From positions 1-51,623 of IMG/VR virus record IMGVR_UViG_3300030107_005790: a stretch of 51,623 nt of DNA; one strand, written 5' to 3'. The DNA is from a virus. Its lineage: Duplodnaviria; Caudoviricetes. A program made the translations under genes and the position numbers. Every line of letters begins with the position of its first letter. Positions within the stretch are counted from its first letter, which is position 1. The notes below the pieces were generated by a model. It saw only the letters and a program-made list of their open reading frames with translations. It did not search any database and was not told where the DNA came from. Positions 35,302-46,600 of this stretch are shown piece by piece.

Positions 35302-36555
35302 ATGGCATTAAAATTTAATTTAGCAAATCAATTAATAAGCCCAGAGCAAATGGGACAATATGGTGAAGCCTTTGGAGAAGGCCTTGGTGGTATGGGATTA
35401 GCTCTAACTGAAGCTTGGGATAAACAACAAAAGGACCAAGCCTTAGGGCAGGAAGTTGATGAGTTCACAGCTGATGACGATTGGACAACAGGAACTAGAG
35501 CTTCAGATGCAGAAATCGAAGGAATGGAAAATGAATGGTTATCTCAAAATCCAGATTGGGTAAAAGAAGATGGTGAATTTAAATTATATGAAGATAGTCA
35601 AGCTTCAAAAGATTTAGATGCCTGGGCTGCAGGGCCTGAAGAAGGAGATTATTCTGCCAGTGAGATAGAACAAGGAAGACAAAAAGCAGCTTGGAACGCT
35701 GCCAAAGCTTCTATAGATGAAGGACTAGCTGAGCAAGGTGCTCTTGATTATACTACATCTGCTAAGATTTGGAAAGATTCTCCTGAATTTACTTTAGACC
35801 GTAAATCTTTAGGGGAAAAAATAGAGATTCCTGAAGCAGTAGCAACTCAGGAAGATAAAGATACTTATATAAAAGAACATGGAATGGACGCATATAATGC
35901 TCTTACTGAGAAGCAATTACGTGAACAAGATTCAGGTATGCACAGTGGAGCTTCCTTTAAAGCAGGAGGGGTGGATTCAGGCTTTGGACTTGATAGAGAG
36001 GTTAGCGATGTTCTCGAAGGTACGGATGAATGGAAAGGTGATGCACAAAGTTTTATGAGTCAAAATCCTCAGACTTCTAAGTTTATTCCTGGCAAGTCTT
36101 CAGGAATGTTAGGACTGGGAGAAGGTAATATTTCTACTCTTGGTAGTGCAGACCAAATAAGTTCAGTTAGTTCATTTTCTCCTACAATTTCAAATAGATT
36201 TAAGCAAGATTATTCAAGTATGTTATCAAGTATGGATGAAGGTCAATACTTTAAAATGGATAAAAGGACTGGAGAATATTCACCAACAGACCGTAGTAGG
36301 CTTGACCAAATTAACTTACTGCAGCAAGCTGCAAGAAGTGGAGAAATGCAAGACCTTATGGGAGGCATTCCTGAGGGTATGAATAAAGAGGAATATATAA
36401 GTAAATTACAAGATGCTAAACGATTACCTGGTGATGTAGGGTTTAAATATAATACTGCAGGAGAGTCTTGGTTGCCTGAAATTAATCAAACTAGTACATC
36501 TAGCCCTAATGATTTAGATAGATTATTATGGTCAAAATTTAGCAATTTTAAATAG
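35302..36555 (+). CDS. Probable internal virion protein (acidic)
   Basis: In the ejection-protein operon. SD AAGGAG. Confidence 0.55.
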   Translation: MALKFNLANQLISPEQMGQYGEAFGEGLGGMGLALTEAWDKQQKDQALGQEVDEFTADDDWTTGTRASDAEIEGMENEWLSQNPDWVKEDGEFKLYEDSQASKDLDAWAAGPEEGDYSASEIEQGRQKAAWNAAKASIDEGLAEQGALDYTTSAKIWKDSPEFTLDRKSLGEKIEIPEAVATQEDKDTYIKEHGMDAYNALTEKQLREQDSGMHSGASFKAGGVDSGFGLDREVSDVLEGTDEWKGDAQSFMSQNPQTSKFIPGKSSGMLGLGEGNISTLGSADQISSVSSFSPTISNRFKQDYSSMLSSMDEGQYFKMDKRTGEYSPTDRSRLDQINLLQQAARSGEMQDLMGGIPEGMNKEEYISKLQDAKRLPGDVGFKYNTAGESWLPEINQTSTSSPNDLDRLLWSKFSNFK

Positions 36556-36563
36556 GAGATAAA

Positions 36564-37592
36564 ATGAGTTTTATACAGAATTATATGGCAGCAAAACAGC
36601 AAGGTAGATTAGATAAAGCTGCTTATGAAGCTAAACAGGCAAAGAAGTTCCAAGGTGCTGTCGCAAATATGATGATAGGCTATAGTTTTGATGGTCAATT
36701 TGAAGTTCAAGAAGATGGTTCACTGCAATTTCAAAATGCTTTAGGTGGACAATTTAAAGGATTTCCTAGTGTAACTGAATCTTTTAGTAAATATAAGAAG
36801 CTTGCAAAGCAATATGGGCAAGAACCTGATTATCCTGCTTTTACAGCTATGTATAAAGAGGCTGAAGGTAAATTTGCCCAATCATTCTTAGGGAAGTTAA
36901 AGTCAATGGAAAATGCAGGGCATAAACCAGAAGCAATTTCAAATGCTATATTAACTAATCCTGAGTTAACTAAAACTTATAATCATTTTCTAGGAACATC
37001 TCTTGGTCCTAATTTAAAGCCTTATGCTCCAAAGCCTCCAGGTGGAATTTTTGGTGGAATGTGGGAAGGAGTAACAGGGATGGAAGGTTCTCCTTTAGCA
37101 AGATATGGAGCTAGAGCAGGATTAGGAGTTGCTACAGGGGGAATTGGAGCTTTATCTACCACTCTAGGTGCAAAGAGCGCAGTAAGAAGCCTTGGAGGAA
37201 AAGCTATAGTAAAAAAGCTTACTGCTGATGGAAGTTTGGATGCAGTTACAGGTGTTTCTAAACATATAGGCTCTAAATCTAAAACTCTTCAAGGGGGATT
37301 AAAAGCTATACAAAAGTATGTTGAGAAGCATGGCGCAAAGTCCCTTATGGATAAAATTATAAAGAAAGCAGGTTGGAAGGGTGCGGCAAAAATACTTGGA
37401 AAAGGAACTGTAGGAGCTTTATTAACAGGTAGTGGAATTGGAACAGCTGCAGGCCTTGCTCTTGATGCTTGGACTGTTTACGATATTATCAATATTATAA
37501 ACGAAACAACAGAAGAATTTGGAAGGGGAGAAAATATAAAAGAAAGTTTAATTGGAGGCGATGTAAAGGCACCAGCAGGCACTATTTATTAG
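36564..37592 (+). CDS. Probable ejection protein with Gly-rich membrane-inserting helices
   Basis: GLGVATGGIGAL and GALLTGSGIGTAAGLAL segments. SD AGGAG. Confidence 0.6.
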   Translation: MSFIQNYMAAKQQGRLDKAAYEAKQAKKFQGAVANMMIGYSFDGQFEVQEDGSLQFQNALGGQFKGFPSVTESFSKYKKLAKQYGQEPDYPAFTAMYKEAEGKFAQSFLGKLKSMENAGHKPEAISNAILTNPELTKTYNHFLGTSLGPNLKPYAPKPPGGIFGGMWEGVTGMEGSPLARYGARAGLGVATGGIGALSTTLGAKSAVRSLGGKAIVKKLTADGSLDAVTGVSKHIGSKSKTLQGGLKAIQKYVEKHGAKSLMDKIIKKAGWKGAAKILGKGTVGALLTGSGIGTAAGLALDAWTVYDIINIINETTEEFGRGENIKESLIGGDVKAPAGTIY

Positions 37593-37600
37593 GAGGATAA

Positions 37601-40600
37601 ATGGCCAATGAGTTTCAACCTAGCTTAAGTCTAGAAGAAGTACAAACCTATGCGAAAGACTTAAAAGCTTTCCCTCATCATTATGATGACAATCAAAAAG
37701 AACAATTAAAAGCACACGCTGATTATTATGGTGTACCTATGTACACAGGTGAGTTTGACATTACAGATGCCGTTAAACAGCTTGCAGGTGGCCTTGTAGA
37801 GGGTTTTACTACCCTAAACATAGTTGATGCCCCTGACAACGAATATGAAGCTATAATACGTAATATAGGGCATTTAGCAGGATTTGCACCTGGCATTGCT
37901 GTTGCCCCCTTAAATGCTGTTAGATTAACAGGATTAGCAAAAGTTGCAGGTGCTTTAGGTAAAAAATCCCTTCCTATGTTTGGAGCAGAACTTGCTACCA
38001 AACAAGCCAAAAAGATATTTAAAGGAGCATTAAGTGGTAAGCTAGGCTCTGCTAGAGCAGGTCAGGAAGCTATGGGCTTTCTTCAAAAGCGAGCTGGTGC
38101 TGCTAAACATGTAGTAGAAGGTGCATTCCATCTTGGAACAGCATCTGCTATTTCTGCATGGCAAGGTGGTGTCGATGAAATGATGCATTCTTTTATAGGA
38201 GGTGCTAAAGCAGGTGCTTTCTTCAGGCTTTTAGGTAATGTTAAAATGTCTAAGCAACCTCAAGTTCAAAAGAATCTTCAAAGGCTTTCTGGGTCCTTAT
38301 TTATGGGTCTCCCTGCTACAGCAAGAGGAGCAACTACTCCTGAACAGGTATATGAGTATTTAATGGGTGCTTATTTCGGAGGAAGCGAAGTTCATTGGAC
38401 AAAAGCAAAGTCTCAGCAGTTTATCCAAAAAGTAAATAAAGATATATATAAAGATGGTTTTGGCTTATTAAAAGCTAAAGGAGAAATAGAACTTCATCCT
38501 GAATTTGAAAATCTTGACCCAATGGTTCAAAAGCAAGCAAAGAAAGATTGGGCTAATATTGTAGGTAAAAAGAAATGGAATTATATAGCTGGCCATATAT
38601 TAAGTAAACGTGGTGAGCTAGAGAATTTTAATGAAATTATCAAAAAGGCTAAAGAAACTGGTGACTATACTGAATATTATAATTTATTAGAAAAGTACGA
38701 ACTAATTGACCCTGCAGAAGCTAGCAATTGGAAAAGGAATCACAGAGAATCAGAAGTATTAGAGTCCCATGCTAACATCATGGAACAAACTCAAGAGGCT
38801 TTTGATATACAAGAATCAAGAGATAATTTAAAACCTGGAGACTGGATTAAGCGTGCTCCTGATAATATTGAGATTACAGGACCATTACAAGTTAGTAAGA
38901 TACATAAGTCAGATTCTGGGAAATTTGTAGAAGTTAAAGGCTCTAAAGAAGCGTTTCCTATTGAAGAGATAAAGATTGTTGAAGCTCCTAAAGAGCAAAG
39001 AGTTCCTACAGAGACTGAATTTAAAGTTGAACTAGAAAAAGGAGGTCGTAAACCTGAAGAAGCTCCCGTTGAACCTATTAAACCTGAGAAAGAAGCAGAA
39101 AAAATTGACAAAGTTCCTAAGCCTAAGCTATATGTAGGCGATGCTGAGATAGTTTATAAGAAAATTGGCAAAAAAAGAGGACCTAAAGATATGGTCCCTG
39201 CTCGAACTATATATGGGAAAGATGGTGTTAATAAGATAGAAATTGATAAGGATTTACTAAGAAAGAAATACGATGAAAAAGCATGGACAAAGCCTAAAGT
39301 TAAAGGTGTAACTCCATTGCCTGAAAATGCTTTTAGAAACTATAAAGAATGGGAAGTATTTGCTATAGGGCATGAGCAAGGACATGCTTTAGAAGGTCCT
39401 GGACCAAAAAGAGGTACTCCTGAATATGTTGCAAATGAAAATAAGTTAAATCAATATGGACTTGATGCTGTTCAAAGATATAGAGAGGCTCAAGAAACAC
39501 AAACTATTGAAACTAGAAAGAAAGAATCAAAAGAATTTAAGTTAGATATTACTCCAGATGAGATTCAGAACTATGATTTTAACAGTGATTTAGATGTAGG
39601 AATGCAAAGTGCTGCTCCTGGAGAGTTTAAAATAGAAACCTTTGCAAGAACTAAACTTCCTAGTAAAATTAAAGAATTAGCCCAAAAAGACGGGATTACA
39701 ACTGAAGTAGGTATAAACCAGGCTATAAGCAAAATCTCGCAGAATATAGCTAAAATAATCGATAAAAACCTTACTTATAGCAATGAAATCAAGTCTAATG
39801 AGGTATTAAAGGAGTTAAAAGCAGAATATGGCATTGATTTCCTTAAAAAAGGAAAGGAAGATAATCTAGCTATAGGTATGATACGAAACTTCATGATGAG
39901 GAAGAATCAATTAAGACCTTATGAAACTATGAATTTCACTATGGATAAAGGGATTATTGGAGAGCTTAAACCTGGTGTTCAGTATATACCTATGGGTGAG
40001 CCTGGAGCTCAAAAGACATCACCAGCAGGTAAGGCTATTAATCCTGTTACACCTAGAACTCCTTTTGATAGCTTTATGGAAAAGTATTACTCTCCAGAAG
40101 AAGGTAGAGGATTTATGACATGGGAAAGTATATCAGCTAGAGGAAAGGATGGCCGTTTTGTTGATTATGAGATATCAAGGTTTAGAAATGAATTAAGAAA
40201 TAATATTCTAAGAGATAAGATAGATGCTATACCTAAAGTTCTTTCTTATAAGAATAGGATGAAAGAGATAAATAAGTTAGTTGAAAAAGAAGAGAATAAA
40301 ATCTTTCACTCAATAGCACGGGAAGCTGCTGAAAAAGACCATTATCTCTTTAGTGGTAAAGGTGATTTCGATGGATTCTTCTTTGCTAAGGTACATCCAA
40401 AAATTAAGCAGCTTAATGTTAAGATTACTGATATCTTTTCAGGAGAATCTAATAGAAGTTGGATTGAAAAATCTAGAAAAGATTTTCTTTTAGGTGCTGG
40501 AAAGAATACGAACAAAAAAAGACTCTTGGAAATACATGATACAGGACTATTAAATAATGTTTTCCATCAAATAGAAACAATCAATGGGATAGAGATTGTA

Positions 40601-43600
40601 TCTGCAAAGCAAGTAAATAAGCTACTTAAAAAGATGATGCAGAAAGGGTCTGGATTCTTAAATGACTCTAAAGGTTTTAATAAAAGGTCTCAAATCATAC
40701 TTACTAATGGATTTAATTCTGATGGGAATTTTATTAGAAGGCATTTAGGACTTAAAGAGGATTCTTATAGTAAAAAAACTGGCGAACTTGTTGAAGGCGA
40801 AAAGCTAAAGTTTGAAGTTGTTCCTGATTTTAATGCAAAGGCTCCTAAAAAAGACTCTAATGTATTATTATTACCCAATACTCAAATAATGGAGTCAACG
40901 GATGGTGGATTTAGAACTCATACAAAACTTGTTAATGCTATGAATTTAGATGGAGGTCAAGAATTTTCTGGTCATAATAAGAATATGCATAATGGTGTTA
41001 TTTATAAAGATGGCAATCCATTAGGGGCATTGCTGCTTAAAGGTATGAATCACAATATGGATAAAGCAGGTAATAAAAGATTAGAAGAAAAAGGGATATG
41101 GGGAGAGATACCTGAATCTGTTATAAAACAATTAGGTGGAGTTAAGGTAGGGGATATTATTGAGATAGACCCTAGTAACTTTAAATATGTACTCTCTACT
41201 ACTGAAAGCTCTCATATGTGGACACCTCAAAAGCTATATAAGCAATTATCTACATCAGCTACAATGGCTGCTAAAAATCCAGAGCTATACAAAGAAGCTG
41301 TTAATGATTTTACATCTCAAACTATGAAGAGATTCTATGGAAATGATGTCTTTAATAAACTTCTTGAGACTACTTTAAAGAAGCCTACTAAAGAAAGTTT
41401 AGATAAGATAATGGATAATATAGATGAAATAGGTGTAAAGAATATTCTAGAAGCAGCAAGGAAGAAAGGCAATGAGCAATTTACTCAAAGATTCTATGCT
41501 CATGTACTTGATTTGAATGTTCAAAAAGAGATTATCAGAGAGATTGAAAATTCTGGAGAAATTAATAATACACAAGCAAATAAACAGATAGCTGAAATGG
41601 AAGGATTTCTTGGAGGAGTTAAGGAAGAAATTAAGTTAGCTGCTGAATGGGCTAAAGAGAATAACAATGCTGATTTCTTAGAAGTTTATCATAATAACAA
41701 TTACTTTCAAAATGCTTTAACCAATTGGGTCAATGCACAGGTATTAACACCTAAGATAAAAAATAGTGCTTTAACCATAATGAGACCTCAAGATGTTGAG
41801 TCTACTAAACTTATGAAATTTAATCAAGAACCAGCAATGATTAAAGAGAATGGTAAATGGAAAAGAAATGATAAGATAATGGAATTTTGGCTTGATGAAG
41901 GGGGCAGGAAGAAACTAATTGAAACAGGTATAGAAGGTATTGGCGATATTAAGCTAGGTGATTTATGGGATAACTTTAAAGCTAACAAATATACAAAAGA
42001 GCAAAATACTGAAATAAAAGAAGTCCTTAGAGCTGTTGTTGGTCGTGTTCCTCAAGATTCGGTATCTGGTGCTGTAGTACTCAGATTTGCAGGATTCTCA
42101 GGAAGAGAAGGCTATGGAACTTGGATGCATGGTGTAAATGAGAAGTTCTTAGGTGGTGCTGATAAAGATGGAGATAAAGCATTTGTATACTTTGGAGGTA
42201 AGGGAGGATTAAGCAAAAAGACAAAGGACTTTATTGATGCTAATTGGGATGAATATATTGATTATTCGGGTAAAGAACCTACACTTAAAGAACCTAAAAA
42301 TCCTAAAAGTGAAGAGATATTTGGAGTTCCTTTAAAAAAGAGTGATAAGATGTATTATGATAATAGCGTAGGATTCTTCTCTCCTTCAGTTAGAAAGACA
42401 ATCGCTAGTAACGCTGTTAGAAGTAGACAAGCATTAGGACAAAACTCCACACTTAAGACTATTATACAGTCTGCTTATTCTATAGACAGAGCGTTAAACA
42501 GAGCAACAGATGGGGATATCAATATAAGAGGTACAAGATATAATATAACAATGACCCCTAAGAAGGAAGTTATTAATGGAAGAGAATTAATAGCATCATC
42601 TATTGCCTACTCTGCTGACCCTTATGATGTATTTGCATTAAAACCATATAACCATGTTAATAGAGTCCTAATAAAGTCTTTTTATGATTTTAGTGTAAAG
42701 CCAATGATTAAGAAAGGTAATAAATTTGTACCTGCAAAAGCAACTAAGGGAACTGTAGACTTTGCTATTAATCAATTTATTGATAGAACATTAAATAGCG
42801 AGAAAACTTTTTCTACTATTAGAGCTGTAAGGAAGCTTAATCAAGGTTTATATGGTAGAAATTGGGCTTCAAATAGAAAGTTTTATGCTGGAGAAAAGAT
42901 GGAAAAGTTTGCTGAAGCTCAAGGTATTGATGCTTTAGGAGACAACTTCTTACCTAGAGCTGGCAGTATGATAAAACAAACTTTATATAGAGACCATATA
43001 TTAAAGAGAGTTAATGAAACTGTATTTGAGAATATCTTAAAAAATGTTAATGAAAATGTAGGAAGATACGATTATTTAAAAGAACTAACAGGTCGTTCTA
43101 CTTTTAGATTGCCTGACAATAAATTTATAGAATTAAATAAACTTATATTAGAAAGATTTGACATGCTAACCGATATACAGTCAGTAGAGGCTAGCGAGTT
43201 TATGGGCTTTTTAAAACCTATATGGCAAATGAAAGCATATAATGAAAAATATAGTACATTCAATAGAATGATTGACCCAGTAAGGGCAAAAAATATGGCT
43301 GAAACTAAAGAGGGGAGAGTTGAACTTCTTGAGCAAATCCTTTCGTATGGAGAGAAATCAGTTAAAAGAGATTTAGACCAAGCTGTATCTCAAGAGATTA
43401 TTCATAAGTTGATTACAGCTAGGAATCTTTCTAAGAAAGAATTAGCCAAAGTAAAAGAAGTTTATGAGAAAGCTGAGGAGATTAAAGCTAGAAGTTATCT
43501 CAAAAATAGAGATAGTCGTAATGAAACACCTGACCCCAATGACCCATTTATACAAGCAGGAAAAACTTTAAAAGAAAAGGTTCCTCAAAAAGAAAGACAT

Positions 43601-46600
43601 AAAGTTGAAACCCCTGAAGATAGAGCAGAGCTTAATAGAGAACAAATTGATATTGAAATTAGAAAATATAAAGATACCTTAACTCCAAAGCTTCAAGATA
43701 TATTTGATGCTGCTCTATTAGGCAATATAAACAGAGGTAATACAGCAAAGAGAATTAAGCGTTTAGAAAAGATTTTAAAGGAATCTTTCCATAAAACTCA
43801 TGGAAAGCCAGGAGAAACTGCTGAACAATTCAAGGAAAGGATGAGGAGGGTTGAAATTGAACTCCAACAACTAATTCATGATGGAGCTAAGCATAATACA
43901 TCTGTTTTAGGGTGGCAGAGCAAAGAGGTTAATAGGAATGTTAAAAAGTTTTTCATTGGAAAGAAGCTTTCTATCTTTGATAAGTCTAAACCAGAGAAAG
44001 TTGAAAAGATTGTTAATAATGCTAAGAAGAAACTTGAAACTACATCTGAAATTCAGAATGAAATAAAAGAACCTATAGAAAAGATTAAAAAGCAAATTAA
44101 AAAAGAAATGGAAGTAGAGCAACTTTCATTTGATTTTGGTAAAGGCTCTAAACCTGAGATTAAAAAGATATTAGCAAATGAAATAGAGATAAAGCTTAAT
44201 AACTTAGATAAATATGTAGAAAAGCTAGTAAATGAACCTCTACCTTTAAGGGAGAGAAATATTGACAAGTTGCTTGAAGATGTTGTAGATAAGCATATTG
44301 TAGAACTGCAACATCAAAAGAACATTGACCACTTACTTGAGATTGACCCTTCTAGAGGCCTTAGAGGTTTGGTCAAAGGCAAGATGAGTGACCTGCCAAA
44401 AGAATATCAATCTGTAGTAGCAGAATTACAAGAACACTTAAAATTTTACAATAACAAAATAAGTCATAATTTCGCTGAAATTGTGGGAGGTATATTAAAA
44501 AAAGAAGTAAATACTCTAAACTTGCATGATTATAAGGTCTTGAATAATTACTTTAAAGACCTTAGAGGAGGAAGCTTTTTCCAAAAGATATTTGGAGATA
44601 AGGCACCTGAAATTCATAAACGCTATTACTGGTTATTCCCAGATAGCGTTAATAAAGAAATGATGAAATATGAGATAGATTGGCTCAAAAAAGAAGGATT
44701 AGTTCTTACCAAGGAAGGAACAATGAAGACTGCTAATGTTGCTGTTCCAACCTGGACCCTTTCTAAGCTTACTCACTTTGTAGCTAAGATGCAAGACCAG
44801 GCAGCTGGGCAAGCTGATGAATGGATTGGAAACTTAAAGACTGATATGTTATTTCTTGGTAATGTTGCTGAAGGAGAAACCTTAAGACAAATAGCAGTCA
44901 GGAAGAGAGAGCTTGACTTACAGAATGTATCTCCAGCTGAAAAGAAAGAGCTTACAGATAATTATAACAAGATATTGAAAGAATCTAAATATGAACAAAA
45001 GCTAAAGAATAAGAGATATACTATTACCAATGCTGAAGGCAAACGTGAAGAGCTTACTGGAGAGCAAATTGTAGACAGAATAAATAATTCTTATACTAAG
45101 TTCTTTACAAAGATGTATGACTTTATAAAGGGTAAGGGTGGGCTGACTGATAAAGATAACATTCCAGAAGCTTTAAAGCAATTTATTGATAAGAAAGACC
45201 CTTGGCAGGATGTTGAAGCTACTGTTCCAAAGATAAATTGGAAGAAGTTTTTAAAGTATATGGAAGATGCTTATAATAGGGGAGAAGACGTTTCTTATGA
45301 GTTTGGAATAGATGGCCTTAGAATGGTATCTAATTCTATGCTAGTTGATTTTGCTAAAGAATTAGAAGATGCAGGCAAAGCAAAAAAGGGCAGTTTTTCT
45401 TCTAGGCTAAAAAGGAGAAAAATAGAACCAACTGGATTCCAAGGAGATAAAACTGGACAATCTGCTGGGTATTGGGCTAGAATGATGACTAGTCCTTCTG
45501 CAGCTATTGAGGCTGCTAAAAAGCAAATTGAACTTATTAAAGCTGATACTAAGCTTAGTAAAGAAGCTAAAGACAAGAAAATAGCAGAAGTTCTTATAAG
45601 GCAGCACTCTCTTACTGGTGATTGGCATTTCAATGAAATGGATGTATATGAAAATTTTGATGCTGCTGTTGATGTTATAATTAAAAAGCAGAAAAAGCAA
45701 GAAGGAGTTGGTATTGATTGGTTTGATGCTAATCAAGTTAGCCCTAATATGCGTAAACGTACAGGAGTAGCAAGTGGTTATTCTATTGATGCTACTGTAC
45801 CCGAAACTTATGCTAGAAATATAGCTAATCTATACTCTAAGCATTTATCACAAATTTACTCTAGGGCTACTGTTGATAAAGCTTATAAAAGACATGCTAA
45901 GAAATGGGGAGAAGAACTTGCTTGGGGCTGGAGGCAATACTTTACATTGTATGTAAATGATGCACTTGGAAATCCTGTAAGAATACCTGATAATGTTTTA
46001 GATAGCCCAGTTATGAAAGTTAAAGGTACACCTTATGCTTGGTGGGCTGATGATAAAATGTTAGATAGAGTTAACTCTATAGCTAAGAAGCTAGGAGTTG
46101 GCGGCAGAGACCTACCTGAAGGACTCGAACCTGTAACTATGCATAGAATGAGGCATTGGGGTAATTTAGAAGCACAATATCAAATGGCATCATTATTAGC
46201 ACACCCTAAGTCTATGGTTACTAATATATTTGGTGGTGCTATGCATACTGTAGAGTCTGTTGGATTTAGAACATGGAGAAACGCTAGGAATTTAGATTAT
46301 CTAAGAAAGATTAATCCTGAATGGAAATCAATAGAAGACTTAAATGCCTTTGTATTAGAGCATGGAGTTATTCCTGAGTATATATCTTATGAAGCAGGTT
46401 TGTCTAAAGAGGTTCGTACTGCTAATGCTCAGAATTTTATAAAAGACGTTGTTAATAAGGTTAAGAAAAATCCTGATTTAAAGAATACAGACCTTATGAC
46501 ACTAGCTAAAGAGCATGGCGTAACTGATAGAGTTAGAAATTTTGCTGCTAAGTTCTTAACTGTTCCTGAGAAGGCACTGCGTAGAGATGCGTTTATGGCT

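Noticed and set aside
40360-40380. GDFDG in the giant protein as the RNAP catalytic motif
   Set aside because: It reads GDFDGF and lacks the third Asp. DKDGD at 42161-42175, preceded by RVP, fits better.
46110-46140. GGTTCGAGTCC on the minus strand resembling a tRNA T-arm or attP core
   Set aside because: Only 3 bp of T-stem, it lies inside the 3248-aa CDS, and no integrase is present.
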